Origin: an uncultured cyanobacterium
GTDB taxonomy: Bacteria; Cyanobacteriota; Cyanobacteriia; Cyanobacteriales; Cyanobacteriaceae
Reading direction: 5' to 3'
Assembly (NCBI GenBank): GCA_963710605.1
Contig: CAVQBA010000004.1
Span: 288,001-352,000, forward strand
Length of the DNA stretch: 64,000 nucleotides
Shown here: positions 34,646 to 46,158 of the stretch, piece by piece
How the letters are laid out: each line of letters begins with the position of its first letter
How positions within the stretch are numbered: the first letter of the stretch is position 1
Program-made: the position numbers and the translations under genes
The notes under the pieces: model-generated
What the model was told of the DNA's origin: nothing
Database searches by the model: none
What the model saw: the letters and a program-made list of their open reading frames with translations, nothing else

Positions 34646-34841
34646 TATTTACCCAATCTGTCAGATCGATTATTTCGTCATTTTCATAGTCCGAAGGCGA
34701 ACCAAATTCCTGTTGCTATTTCTGCGTTGTTCTTCATTTTGTAACGTAGGGAATTAAAGAATCACAAAGCTTTAGTCTTTCTTCTTCTAACACTTCTCTC
34801 ACACTTTCTTTAATTAAATCTTTTAGTTTTTGTGTTTCCAT
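34645..34841 (-). pseudogene. Putative antitoxin upstream of the RelE-like gene, frameshifted
   Basis: METQKLKDLIKESVREVLEEERLKLC...SPSDYENDEIIDLTDWVK*; TAATG stop/start overlap with the toxin. Confidence 0.65.
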
Positions 34842-34962
34842 TTTTTGTGAATACAGGTGAGTATGGTTTTTACTAAGTAGGATTGGTCATACAGGCACTT
34901 ATTAATTATCCACCTTAACAAATTTATTACTTAATTTAGCGGTAACTTATTATCGATATTAA

Positions 34963-35322
34963 TTAGTTAGTTCTTTTATAGCTTTTAATACCTTGGGAAT
35001 TTCTATTAGTGATAGAACAGTCACGATCGATTGTAGCTCTATAATTACGGGAAACAGGAGTTATAGTTCGTCCGTTTTGCTTGAATAACATTGAATCACC
35101 TTCTAAAACATTATTCTTACGTGTTGCTCTAGTTAAGTATTCGTCGCCGTCATACCAAGTTGAGATCATTATTACACTATCTCCTTCTTGTATCACAGTA
35201 GTAACACCTTTTCCTGAGCCATATGAATAATCATAAATTCCTGTTAAATCTGAGCATACCGTTTGAGCAACAACAGGTTGTGGAGAAAGGCTACTTGCTA
35301 ATAAAAATAGTAAAAACATCAT
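34963..35322 (-). CDS. Small secreted beta-rich hypothetical protein
   Basis: Signal peptide (..VVAQ), DLTGIY, two Cys. Confidence 0.6.
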   Translation of the reverse strand: MMFLLFLLASSLSPQPVVAQTVCSDLTGIYDYSYGSGKGVTTVIQEGDSVIMISTWYDGDEYLTRATRKNNVLEGDSMLFKQNGRTITPVSRNYRATIDRDCSITNRNSQGIKSYKRTN

Positions 35323-35594
35323 ATTTTTCTCTCAAATGTAGAATGTCGGATGATAAACTAATCTGTAACTATATAATTATACTGATTTTAAACAAAATTA
35401 CAACCTCTAAGACAATTTAAGTAATAAAGTGTCGAACATTTGATTTAATTGTTTACTTTTAGTTCGGATACGCAATGACATCTCAATACCCTACATATTT
35501 AAATAATTAGTAATTACTAATTGTTCATAGTACATTGTAGTTATGTTAAAAATAGAAGTAAAGACATAAAAGAAACAATCAACAAAAGACTAAA

Positions 35595-37060
35595 ATGGTT
35601 ATTCAAACACCCGAATGGGTCAAAGATGCAGTTTTTTATCAAATATTTCCCGATCGATTTGCGATCGCCAAAGCACCTCATCAATATCGTAACTACTGGC
35701 AAGGAACAAATTTAGAACTTTGGGATGAACGTACCAGAATTACAAAGCTATAAAGGCGGTAACTTTTGGGGAATTATCGAAAAACTAGACTACATCAAAG
35801 ACTTGGGCGTAAATGCCATCTATTTTACCCCCGTATTTCAATCCACAGCCAATCATCGTTATCACACCCACGACTACTATCAAATCGATCCTCTTTTAGG
35901 AGGTGGTTATGCTTTCGAGCGATTTTTGGATGAAGCCCACAAACGAGACATCAAAGTTGTTTTGGACGGTGTATTTAATCATTCAGGGAGAGGTTTTTTC
36001 TTCTTTAGTGATATTTTAGAAAATGGTCCTTATTCACCTTGGGTGGAATGGTTTCAAATCAAAAAATGGCCAATATCTGCTTTTAATGGCTCTTATCCTG
36101 CGAATTATGAATGTTGGGTTGATAATCGTGCTTTGCCTAAATTTAATCATGATAACCCTCAAGTTAAAGAATATATCATGCAAGTAGGTGAATATTGGAT
36201 TGAAAAAGGAATAGATGGTTGGCGTTTAGATGTGCCAGATGAAGTAGAAACAGAAGGTTTTTGGGAAGAATTTAGAGACAGAGTTAAAAAAATTAATCCT
36301 GATGCTTATATTGTTGGTGAAATTTGGACTCCTGCGGAAAAATGGTTAGATGGTAAACAATTTGATGGGGTGATGAATTATCAGTTTACTGAATCGACGA
36401 TTGCTTTTTGTGGTGGTAACAGAATTGAAAAAGATTATGTCAAAGTTACCTCCTTATCATCCTTATCCTGCTTTAAATGCTTCTGAGTATGCCGAAAAAA
36501 TTAAAGAGTTATTTGATCGTTACGATTGGCAAATACATCTAGCTCAATTAAATATTTTAGCAAGTCATGATACTGCTCGATTATTAACTGTAGTAGAAGA
36601 TGATGTTGATACAGTTAAATTAGCAAATTTACTACTATTTACTTTCCCTGGTGCACCTAGTATTTATTATGGTGATGAAGTTGGTTTAGTAGGCGGAATT
36701 GATCCTGATTCTCGTCGTAGTTTCCCTGAAAAAGAAAAATGGAATCAAGATATTTATGCTTACCATAAAAAATTGATTGAACTACGTAAACAACATCCTG
36801 CTTTAAGAAGAGGAGATTACCAAGTTTTATTTGCTGATGATAATGTTTATCTTTTTAGTCGTAGTTATGAAGGCGAAACGATTGTTATTGCTCTTAATAA
36901 TGATACCGAATCTGCACAAGTTAAGCTTGATGCTTCTAAATATAATCTTGAGATTAAAGAAGTTTTATTTGGAGATAATACTTTTACCACCGAAGAAACA
37001 GAAGACGGTACAAATTTGGTCATTCAACTACAACCTCGTAGTGGCGTGATGCTTAAATAA
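35595..37060 (+). CDS. GH13 neopullulanase/cyclomaltodextrinase-like; frameshifts near 35730 and 36445
   Basis: [48 protein letters not shown]. Confidence 0.9.
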
Positions 37061-37120
37061 ATTTGTAATTACCTACACAATTAGAAAACGGCAAAAATAT
37101 TCACAGGCACTAACGTTACA

Positions 37121-37152
37121 TAGTAGAGACAAGGCATGCCTTGTCTCTACTA
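37121..37152. repeat. Perfect 32-bp palindrome (GTAG-type REP)
   Basis: TAGTAGAGACAAGGCATGCCTTGTCTCTACTA equals its own reverse complement; lies between convergent genes. Confidence 0.9.
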
Positions 37153-37236
37153 CAATTATTGGAGATGTCTAATATTTAGGTAGTCATAAATTCATTTAGC
37201 TATAATATCAAGCTAATCACAAAATCAATCTTATTA

Positions 37237-37419
37237 CTAAAAACGAGTAAAACTAGCAAAAACATAACCAAAAAAGATTCCAATTGCAAATGCCCAAATT
37301 TGTCCTGTTTCAACAAAATTTTTCCAAGCATCTGTCATTTGCCCAATAATATCAGGATCTTGAATTACTTGAGCAAAAATAATATTATTTACTAGCAAAT
37401 CATTAACTATAATATCCAT
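37237..37419 (-). CDS. Small membrane protein
   Basis: AQ...AWKNFVETGQIWAFAIG; 60 aa, one TM. Confidence 0.7.
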   Translation of the reverse strand: MDIIVNDLLVNNIIFAQVIQDPDIIGQMTDAWKNFVETGQIWAFAIGIFFGYVFASFTRF

Positions 37420-37589
37420 TTTTAATATTCCTAAATATCTCTACGTATTCTTAAAAGATTATCTTAACTATTGAAATTATGAGTTATCTTTTTTATTTTT
37501 GGTAATTAATAAATTTTCGCTCGCTAATAGTCAACAAAGGCTAAAGGTAATGAGTAACGAGTAACGAGTAACGAGTAAAAAAATAACTT

Positions 37590-39275
37590 TTAACTTTTAA
37601 CTATTGATGTTTCCCACCGACTAGCTATGGGCATTTTCCATCCTGTGCCAAATGCTCGATCGGTTATTTTCAATCCAGGTGGTGCTTGTTTACGTTTAAA
37701 TTCGGCTCTGGCAACTAATTTGGTTATTTTAGTAATTGTAGCTAAATCATGTCCTGATTTTTGTATTTGTGCGATCGATTGATGTTGATTAATATAACGA
37801 TCGAGAATATCATCCAAAATATCATAAGCAGGTAAAGAATCTTGGTCAACTTGATCGGGTTTTAATTCCGCACTAGGAGGCTTAGTGATAATGTTACTGG
37901 GTATAACCTCTTGAGAACGATTTAACCAACGACATAAAGCAAAAACCTTGGTTTTAGGCACATCTGCAATTACAGCTAAACCACCATTCATATCACCATA
38001 GAGTGTACAATAGCCGACAGACATTTCTGATTTGTTACCAGTAGAAAGTAACAGGTAACCAAACTTATTAGCGATCGCCATTAACAACGTACCACGAATA
38101 CGAGATTGAATATTTTCTTCAGCCACACCAAATTCTGTCTTAGCGAACAATGTATCTAAAATACTGTCAAAACTTTCCATCGCTGGTTTGATGGGCATTA
38201 TGGTACTATTTATGCCTAAATTATCGACTAAATCCTGAGCATCTGTAACTGAATGACTTGAGCTATAAACCGAAGGCATTAAAACAGCCAAGACATTTTC
38301 TTTACCTAAAGCTGATACAGCAATAGCGGCAACTAAAGCCGAATCTATACCGCCACTTAAACCTAAAACAACTTGACTAAATCCGCATTTACGAGCATAA
38401 TCTTTGACTCCCAATACCAAAGCATGATAAATTTCTTCTTCTTCGCTTGAATTAGTTTTAATGACAGTATTTGTTGAAGAGACAAAATTTTTGTTTGTGA
38501 CATCGTAATCTATATATACCAAATCTTCTTCGTAAGCTTTTGCTTTAATAACTAATTCTCCTGTGGAGTTAATAGCTAAACTGTTACCATCAAAAATTAA
38601 ATCATCGTTACCGCCTATTTGATTCACATAAACGATCGATTTATTATATTGTTTAGCAATATGAGTCAACATCGCTTCTCTGACTTTTTGTTTACCGACT
38701 GTGTAAGGAGAAGCTGATAAATTGACAATCAAATCTACATCTAAATTGACCAAATCAGAAATAGGATTAAAATCATAACTTTTTTTACCCCAAAATTGAG
38801 CTTCATTCCATAAGTCTTCACAGATAGTTACGCCGATCGTAATGTCATTAAGTTTAAAGTAATTAGGCTCATTACCACTACTAAAATAACGATCTTCCTC
38901 AAAAACATCATAGGTAGGTAATAATCTTTTATGAAATAGTTGTTTAATTTGACCATCACCAATTAAAGCCACGCTATTATAAAGCGGTTTTTTTCCTTCA
39001 ATAAAAGCCTGTGGATTACGAGTAACTATACCAACTAAAACTTGTATTTGTGGGGGAATTTCTTGGGCAAGTTTTATTAACTGTGCTTGGATTTGATTGA
39101 TAAAACTATCTTTAAGTAACAAGTCTTTAGGAGGATAACCACAAAGAGATAATTCAGGAGTTAGTAATAAATCCGCTCCCGATTCTACAGCTAAAATAGC
39201 TTTTTCTTTAATTTGTTGAGCGTTTTGAGTCAAATCTCCAATAATTGGATTTAGCTGAGCGATCGCACACTTCAT
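37590..39275 (-). CDS. nadE: Glutamine-dependent NAD+ synthetase
   Basis: Nitrilase domain (PEL, TICEDLW), LGLSGGIDS, TGNKSE, PPSAEL. Confidence 0.96.
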   Translation of the reverse strand: MKCAIAQLNPIIGDLTQNAQQIKEKAILAVESGADLLLTPELSLCGYPPKDLLLKDSFINQIQAQLIKLAQEIPPQIQVLVGIVTRNPQAFIEGKKPLYNSVALIGDGQIKQLFHKRLLPTYDVFEEDRYFSSGNEPNYFKLNDITIGVTICEDLWNEAQFWGKKSYDFNPISDLVNLDVDLIVNLSASPYTVGKQKVREAMLTHIAKQYNKSIVYVNQIGGNDDLIFDGNSLAINSTGELVIKAKAYEEDLVYIDYDVTNKNFVSSTNTVIKTNSSEEEEIYHALVLGVKDYARKCGFSQVVLGLSGGIDSALVAAIAVSALGKENVLAVLMPSVYSSSHSVTDAQDLVDNLGINSTIMPIKPAMESFDSILDTLFAKTEFGVAEENIQSRIRGTLLMAIANKFGYLLLSTGNKSEMSVGYCTLYGDMNGGLAVIADVPKTKVFALCRWLNRSQEVIPSNIITKPPSAELKPDQVDQDSLPAYDILDDILDRYINQHQSIAQIQKSGHDLATITKITKLVARAEFKRKQAPPGLKITDRAFGTGWKMPIASRWETSIVKS

Positions 39276-39410
39276 ATTTCAGAATTAAGAGTTAAAAGTT
39301 AAGAGTTAAGAGTTTTTGAGTATATTTAATTCTCAATTCTCAATTACTATTGTACTGTGTTAAACTAACTCGAAAGTTAATCTTAGTTACTGTGCTATTT
39401 TTTCGTTGAG

Positions 39411-40566
39411 ATGAAAATTCCCATTCTTGATTTAAAGCCTCAATATCAACAAATTAAAACCGAAATCGATAGTGCGATCGCTTCTGTCTTACAATCGACA
39501 CAATTTGTATTACGAACCAGAAGTACAAAAATTAGAAAGTGAAATAGCCGATTATTTGGGCGTTAAGTATGCCATTGGTGTAAATTCTGGTACGGATTCT
39601 TTAATTATCGCTTTAAGAAGTTTAAATATTGGTGAAGGGGATGAGGTTATCACAACACCTTTTTCTTTTTATGCTACTGCTGAATCAATTAGTATTGTCG
39701 GGGCAAAACCTGTATTTGCTGATATTCAAGCCGATAGTTTTAATCTTGATCCGCAGACAATAACTGATAAAATTACCAGTAAAACTAAAGCGATTATGCC
39801 CGTGCATATCTATGGGCAACCAGTGGCAATGAGTCAGATAAAAGCGATCGCTACTGAGTATAATTTAAAAATAATTGAAGATTGTGCTCAAGCATTTGGG
39901 GCAGTTTATCATGGAGATTGCGTCGGTTGTGAACAAAATTGTGATGCCAATATACGTGATAACTTAACAGGTAAATATGTTGGCAGTATGGGGGATGTAG
40001 GGGCATATTCATTTTACCCAACCAAAAATTTAGGTGCTTACGGCGATGGCGGGATGATAGTAACTAACGATGAAAAAGTTGCCGACTTAGCCCGTATGTT
40101 AAGAGTACATGGTGCGAAGAAAAATTACCATAATGAATTGTTAGGTTACAATTCTCGTTTAGATAGCTTACAAGCTTGTATCTTAAGAGTTAAGTTAAAT
40201 TATATTGACAAATGGAATAACGATCGACGTACAGTTGCTCAAACTTATAACAAGTTTCTCAAAGATTTACCTGATATAATTGCTCCTGAGATTACTAAAG
40301 GACACGTTTTTCATCAATATACAATTAGAGTAACTAATGGTAAAAGAGATGAGTTAAAAGAATTTTTAGCCAGTCAAGGTATTGGTAGTATGATTTATTA
40401 TCCAACTCCTCAAGATCAATTACCAGTATATAAAGGGCAATATCCAACTTCTCCTGTATCAACAAAACTAGCAGAAGAAGTATTGAGTTTGCCTATATAC
40501 CCTGAATTATCTTTAGATGATGTCAAAATAGTTGCCGAAACGATCGCCCAGTTTAATAATGAATAA
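39411..40566 (+). CDS. DegT/DnrJ/EryC1/StrS PLP-dependent aminotransferase; frameshift near 39515
   Basis: MKIPILDLKPQY upstream in another frame; NSGTD, EDCAQ, SFYPTKNLG, GYNSRLD. Confidence 0.92.
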
Positions 40567-40586
40567 TAGTAAAAATGCGATAATTT

Positions 40587-40690
40587 AACTCGCCTTGCAA
40601 TGAATTGACAAGGCTAACAGAATCCGTTTAATAAATTAAACTCTTTATTTAAAGCTCACAATTGTCTCATTTTTATTTGAAATAACTATA
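40587..40690 (+). repeat. Family C MITE, partial copy
   Basis: GCCTTGCAATGAATTGACAAGGC...GTTTAATAAATTAAAC...TGTCTCATTTTTATTTGAAATAACTATA. Confidence 0.75.
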
Positions 40691-40736
40691 ATAATCAAGT
40701 TTATTTTTTACTTTTTACTTTTTACTTTTTAATTTG

Positions 40737-41753
40737 ATGTCTGTGCAAATACCGTCTAAATTCTCTCAACCACTCAAAATAGGCTCTGTCAAGATTAATA
40801 GTCGAGTATTGCAATCCCCTCTTTCTGGGGTAACAGACATGGTATTTCGGCGTTTAGTCCGTCGCTATGCCCCTGATTCGATGACTTATACAGAGATGGT
40901 GAACGCCACTGAGATTCATCACCTCAAAACCTTACCTCGCTTGATGGAAATAGCGGATGACGAGCAACCGATTAGTATTCAACTATTTGATTGTCGTCCT
41001 GATTTTATCGCTCAAGCGGCAGAAAAAGCAGTTAATGAAGGTGCAAAAACGATCGATATTAACATGGGTTGCCCTGTTAACAAAATCACCAAAAAAGGTG
41101 GTGGTTCAAAATTACTCAGACAACCAGAAATAGCCCAAGCAATAGTCGAACAAGTCAGACAGGCAGTTGATGTACCCGTTACTGTCAAAACTCGTATCGG
41201 TTGGAGTGATAACGAAATTAATATTCTAGATTTTGCAGGGCGAATGGAACAAGCTGGTGCTAGTATGATTACTATTCACGGACGCACTCGTGAACAAGGT
41301 TATACTGGTACTGCAAAATGGGATGTGATTGCTCAAGTTAAGCAAAAACTAACTATTCCTGTGATTGCTAATGGTGATATTTTTTCCGTGCAAGATGCCA
41401 TTCGTTGTTTAGAAGTTACTCAAGCAGATGGAATTATGTGTTCTCGTGGTACTTTAGGTTATCCTTTTTTAGTCGGACAAATCGATCATTATTTGAAAAC
41501 AGGCGAATTTTTACCTTTACCAACCCTCAAACAACGTTTAGATTGTGCTAAAGAGCATTTAATTGGTTTATGGGAATATAAAGGGCAAAGAGGTCTTTTT
41601 CAGTCTCGTAAACATCTATCATGGTATTGTCAGGGTTTCCGTGGTGCGGCGGCATTAAGAGATAAATGTTCTCGGATTAATACGGTTGAGGAAGGATTGG
41701 TTTTATTAGATAATGCGATTAACAGCAATGTACAGTTGACAGTTGACAATTGA
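40737..41753 (+). CDS. dusB: tRNA-dihydrouridine synthase
   Basis: PLSGVTD, DINMGCP, VTVKTRIG, IHGRT, IANGD. Confidence 0.93.
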   Translation: MSVQIPSKFSQPLKIGSVKINSRVLQSPLSGVTDMVFRRLVRRYAPDSMTYTEMVNATEIHHLKTLPRLMEIADDEQPISIQLFDCRPDFIAQAAEKAVNEGAKTIDINMGCPVNKITKKGGGSKLLRQPEIAQAIVEQVRQAVDVPVTVKTRIGWSDNEINILDFAGRMEQAGASMITIHGRTREQGYTGTAKWDVIAQVKQKLTIPVIANGDIFSVQDAIRCLEVTQADGIMCSRGTLGYPFLVGQIDHYLKTGEFLPLPTLKQRLDCAKEHLIGLWEYKGQRGLFQSRKHLSWYCQGFRGAAALRDKCSRINTVEEGLVLLDNAINSNVQLTVDN

Positions 41754-41787
41754 CAATCAAATACGACTTAAAATTATTTTATTAGTA

Positions 41788-41943
41788 GTAGGATGGGTTA
41801 GATAATTATTAATTAAAAACTTAAAGAAAGTCTTTTATAACTAAGCCGTAACCCATCATTAAACACCTTGTTATTTTCGTTGGGTTTCGCTTTTTTAGAT
41901 ATTGTTATATCTGTAAATTATTTGAAAACTCAACCCAACCTAC
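41788..41943. repeat. Inverted doublet of GTAG-type REP-like elements with 45-nt and 38-nt loop inserts
   Basis: GTAGGATGGGTTAG-N45-CGTAACCCATC (41788-41857, +) and GTAGGTTGGGTTGAG-N38-GCGAAACCCAAC (41879-41943, -). Confidence 0.75.
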
Positions 41944-42072
41944 AATTAATGAATAAAGTGGTTAATACAAATATAATTATTAGTTTTTAGCTTGTAAAAA
42001 AAATTAACTATTAAATAATACTAACGATTTAATAATTATAAAAATTAATTAAAAAATATTTAATATAAAAGA

Positions 42073-42711
42073 ATGTTAATAACTAAAAATAACGATCGAG
42101 AAAGAGATAATATATCGATAGAATATCCGATCGTCGAAACGTTTCACTCAATTCAAGGGGAAGGTTTTTGGGCTGGATGTAATGCTTTTTTCATCAGACT
42201 CGCAGGTTGTGAAGTACATTGCCCTTGGTGCGACCAAAAAGAAACTTGGTCAACAAAAAATTATCCTTTATATACACCTGAAAAACTATTAAAAGAAGTT
42301 CAAAAAATAAAGACAAAGCATATTATTATTACAGGTGGAGAACCTTTATCACACGACCTTTATCCGCTTACTAAAACATTACAAAAAAGCGGTGCTAAAA
42401 TTCATCTAGAAACATCAGGTGCTTATCCGCTTACAGGTTATTTTGATTGGGTAACTTTATCACCAAAGACTTATAAAATACCACACGAGAGTATTTACGA
42501 TCGAGTTAGTGAATTAAAAGTAGTTATCGATAATCAAGACGACTTAATTTGGGCAGAATCTGAAGCTCAAAAAACTAAGCAAGATATTCCTAAATATTTA
42601 CAACCACAATGGGATAATCCTGATAGTCAAAATTTGATTTTTCAATATGTTCTCAAAAATCCTCAATGGCGATTGGGTTTACAAACTCATAAATATTTAG
42701 GAGTAAGGTAA
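42073..42711 (+). CDS. queE: 7-carboxy-7-deazaguanine synthase (radical SAM)
   Basis: ETFHSIQGEG, RLAGCEVHCPWCD, TGGEP, LQTHK. Confidence 0.93.
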   Translation: MLITKNNDRERDNISIEYPIVETFHSIQGEGFWAGCNAFFIRLAGCEVHCPWCDQKETWSTKNYPLYTPEKLLKEVQKIKTKHIIITGGEPLSHDLYPLTKTLQKSGAKIHLETSGAYPLTGYFDWVTLSPKTYKIPHESIYDRVSELKVVIDNQDDLIWAESEAQKTKQDIPKYLQPQWDNPDSQNLIFQYVLKNPQWRLGLQTHKYLGVR

Positions 42712-42820
42712 ATAATAATGGAGAATTGTTCAGTAAGAGAATTGAGAATGAATAGATAATTTATACTGTGCCTGTTGAAGTATGGAGAAAAAATACGGTT
42801 GATACTTCTTCTTGCACTCT

Positions 42821-42881
42821 CCCTATTCCCTATTCCCTATTCCCTATTCCCTATTCCCTATTCCCTATTCCCTATTCCCTA
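42821..42881. repeat. (TTCCCTA)n STRR beginning at the carA stop
   Basis: About 8 perfect heptamer units. Confidence 0.95.
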
Positions 42882-44018
42882 TTTTTGCTCTCTCATCATC
42901 TTGACAAATTGCTCGAACAAATAGTCAGCATCATGGGGACCTGGACTAGCTTCGGGGTGGTATTGTACAGAAAAGAATGGCAACGTTTTGTGTTTTAAAC
43001 CTGCTACAGTACGATCGTTAAGGTTAAGATGAGTAATCTCAACATCAGCACCTAAAGACTCTTGTGTCACAGCAAAACCATGATTTTGACTAGTAATCTC
43101 AACTTTCTGTTTTAAACCAGCAGGTTGATTTAAACCACGATGACCAAATTTAAGTTTAAAAGTCTCAGCACCTAAAGATAGACCTAAAATTTGATGCCCC
43201 ATACAAATACCAAACATCGGTTTTTCAGCTTTTAATAACTCTTTGGCTGTTGTAATACCATCAGCTACAGCAGAAGGATCACCAGGGCCATTTGAAAGAA
43301 AGATACCATCAGGATTGTGTTTAAGAATTTCATCAGCAGATGTATCAGCAGGAACAACAATTACCTTACAACCATAACTAGCTAAACGTTTAAGGATATT
43401 GTGTTTAACCCCAAAATCGATCGCTACAACAGTATATTCAGGATTCTCACTCAAACCAGCACGAGGGTTAAATTCCCATTGAGTAGAAGTCGCTTCTGTC
43501 CACTCATAGGTCTTGTCTGTAGTTACCTCTTTAACGAGGTTTAAACCAGCCATAGATGGGGTTGATTGTAACTCAACGAGTAATTCATCAGGATCAAGAG
43601 TTTCGGTCGATATAGCCCCATTCATCGCTCCTGAGGTACGTAAACGACGAGTCAAGTCACGGGTATCAATGCCATATAAACCGATAATGTTGTGTTGTTT
43701 CAAATAGTCGGGTAAGGATTGAGTCGATCGCCAATTACTGGGGCGATCGCAAATATTACGAGCAATAATGCCTTTGATATGGGGTTGAGAAGATTCTTCG
43801 TCTTCAGGATTAACACCAGTGTTGCCTAATTCAGGATAAGTGAAAGTAACAATTTGCCCTCGGTAGCTGGGGTCAGTCATCACTTCTTGATAACCTGTTA
43901 TTCCTGTATTGAAGACAACTTCTCCAAAACTTGTGCCTTTAGCACCAACTGAATAACCTTCATAAAACGTACCGTCACTTAAAACGAGTAATGCAGGTTT
44001 AAAATTAACTAGGGACAT
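42879..44018 (-). CDS. carA: Carbamoyl-phosphate synthase small subunit
   Basis: [35 protein letters not shown] at 44018. Confidence 0.97.
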   Translation of the reverse strand: MSLVNFKPALLVLSDGTFYEGYSVGAKGTSFGEVVFNTGITGYQEVMTDPSYRGQIVTFTYPELGNTGVNPEDEESSQPHIKGIIARNICDRPSNWRSTQSLPDYLKQHNIIGLYGIDTRDLTRRLRTSGAMNGAISTETLDPDELLVELQSTPSMAGLNLVKEVTTDKTYEWTEATSTQWEFNPRAGLSENPEYTVVAIDFGVKHNILKRLASYGCKVIVVPADTSADEILKHNPDGIFLSNGPGDPSAVADGITTAKELLKAEKPMFGICMGHQILGLSLGAETFKLKFGHRGLNQPAGLKQKVEITSQNHGFAVTQESLGADVEITHLNLNDRTVAGLKHKTLPFFSVQYHPEASPGPHDADYLFEQFVKMMREQK

Positions 44019-44410
44019 AAGCGTTATAATTTTTAATTGAGTTACAAATTTATTTTTTAAATCTCTAATTTTTAAGTTTTTTGCTTTGTTGTGAACAACA
44101 GTTTTGACCAAAAATTGAGAACTAAGATTAACTGTCGAGTCAAATCATTTTTTTAGATTTAGTTCGAGCAGATGATTTTGGGCTTTTGTTTTGGTAATTA
44201 CGTTGAGCCAAATTTGGCAGATGACCACTTTAAAATTTAGTTTGATTTTAAGATAGACTCATAGAAATGATAAAACACTTATAATCATTTGACACTCAAT
44301 CAACAAAACTATTTCATCTGTTCTTGACAAAAATCCCTAAGATAAGTCACATTAATAGTGGTTGAAATACTTTTTACTGTTTTAGTAAACTAACTGATAA
44401 GGTTGATATA

Positions 44411-45805
44411 ATGAGTCCTAGAAAACTGTCTGATAGCGATCGCGACGAAATTTTGGAATTATATCGTCAAACTGAAGAAACGACTTCTAGTCTAGCAAGT
44501 CGCTTTGGTGTAAGTAGTTCTACTATTAGCCGCTTTCTTAAAAATAGCCTATCTCAAACTGAATATGAAAATTTAATTCAAGTCAAACGTCTGGCTCGTA
44601 CATCAGGTAGTGACGATGACTCATCTCAAACTACAACTAAACCGACTAAATCTAGTTCGAGTAAATCTAAAATACAGAAAAAACTTTCAGCAATTGAAAA
44701 AAAACTCTCAACTAAAAAAGATAGTACGAAAGAGACAGAAATTAATCAATTAGAATTAGAAGTAGAAACTTCAATACCAACCACAGAAGTAAACTTAACT
44801 GAAGATGATAGTTTAGAAGATGATGATAATTTAAATTCATCTACTCCTATACTTAGTGAGAATGAATCAGTTGAGCCAGATGATTTGCTAGATGTTGAAA
44901 TAATTGAAGATGAAAATATCTTGATTGAAGAGAATGAGCAAGTACAAGAATCAATATTTAATCTTGAAAACGAAGAAGAGGATGACAACTTACCAGCTAT
45001 TGTCATTGAAGATTCTAATCCAAATCTAGAAGTTTTGGAAATTCCACTAGATTTAGAAGAATTGGAAATGGCAAAAATAGATTCAGAAGTAGAACAATTA
45101 GAAGCCAATCTAGAGAAAGTTGAGCTAGATATAGAAGAAGAAGAAGAAGCAGTAGTAGTAGAAACTAAAAATAAAAAAACAGATTTAATACTAAAACGAG
45201 TAGAAGCAAAACTAGAGGAAGTTGAATTAGAGACAGAAGAAGAAAAAGAAGAAGAAGAAGAAAAAGAAGCAGTAGTAGTAGAAACTAAAAATAAAAAAGT
45301 AAATTTAAAACCAGTAGTAGTAAATCCAGAGGAAATCGAGCTAGATATAGAAGAAGCAGAGTCAGCAGATTTAGAGTCAGTACAAGAAGTTGCGGCTATG
45401 TTTGGGGAGGATATGGATGAAGATGATGATGAGGATGATGATGATGATGAGGATGATGATGAATTAATTGAACAAATTTCTTTGCCAAAACAACAGTTAA
45501 CTATCTTGTCTTTAACCGAAGCGAGTTTTCCTCATGTTTGTTATTTAGTCATCGATCGATATTCGGAATTAGTTACCAAACCAATGAAAGATTTTACCCA
45601 TTTAGGTACTATCCCTGAAGCGGAAACTCAACAAAAAACTTTACCGATTTTTGATAACCACAAAGTTGCTAAAAGATTTTGTGTACGCAAAGGAAAGGTG
45701 ATCAAAGTCCCTGATGGTCGAGTTTTTCAAAAAACTTCTAGTTATCTTCAAGATAAAGGTATTAGTCGCATTCTAATGGACGGAAAAGTTTACTCTTTAC
45801 ATTAA
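44411..45805 (+). CDS. N-terminal HTH, long acidic linker and C-terminal globular domain protein
   Basis: LASRFGVSSSTISRFLK HTH; D/E-rich middle with a 120-nt-period internal repeat; C-terminal LPIFDNH..AKRF. Confidence 0.75.
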   Translation: MSPRKLSDSDRDEILELYRQTEETTSSLASRFGVSSSTISRFLKNSLSQTEYENLIQVKRLARTSGSDDDSSQTTTKPTKSSSSKSKIQKKLSAIEKKLSTKKDSTKETEINQLELEVETSIPTTEVNLTEDDSLEDDDNLNSSTPILSENESVEPDDLLDVEIIEDENILIEENEQVQESIFNLENEEEDDNLPAIVIEDSNPNLEVLEIPLDLEELEMAKIDSEVEQLEANLEKVELDIEEEEEAVVVETKNKKTDLILKRVEAKLEEVELETEEEKEEEEEKEAVVVETKNKKVNLKPVVVNPEEIELDIEEAESADLESVQEVAAMFGEDMDEDDDEDDDDDEDDDELIEQISLPKQQLTILSLTEASFPHVCYLVIDRYSELVTKPMKDFTHLGTIPEAETQQKTLPIFDNHKVAKRFCVRKGKVIKVPDGRVFQKTSSYLQDKGISRILMDGKVYSLH

Positions 45806-46158
45806 TAGTCTGAATACCGAAAATTGAAATATAATTATTGATTAAATAACTAATACATAAAAATACAAGCCTCGTGCTTCGGTAAGTGTCAGTACAACTG
45901 TATTAAAAGCGCAAAAACAGATAGAAAATAAATTGTTTGCTCAAGCCTACTTATCCAGGTATAAATAATTCTGGCACGGAACAATTATTAATTGTTGATT
46001 GACCTTATTTATTTATGCGGTAAATCAACAAATAAGATGAGCTTATTGTTAAAATTAAGAAATAAAATCTTTAACCTAAAGTAGCTAATAAATTAACTGT
46101 TAAGAATTAATTACTACTGATAACAATCGTATTGGTATCAGCAACAGACACATAACGA

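Noticed and set aside
42768-42998. 76-aa ORF with PIPYSLF repeats
   Set aside because: It is a translation of the (TTCCCTA)n tract and overlaps carA antisense.
44411-45805. Transposase
   Set aside because: HTH only; no DDE/HUH motifs, terminal repeats or target duplication seen.
45813-45890. Possible further split-hairpin repeat (TACCGAA...CGTGCTTCGGTA), similar to 51350-51373
   Set aside because: Arms are short and only two loose instances are visible, so it cannot be distinguished from chance or terminators.
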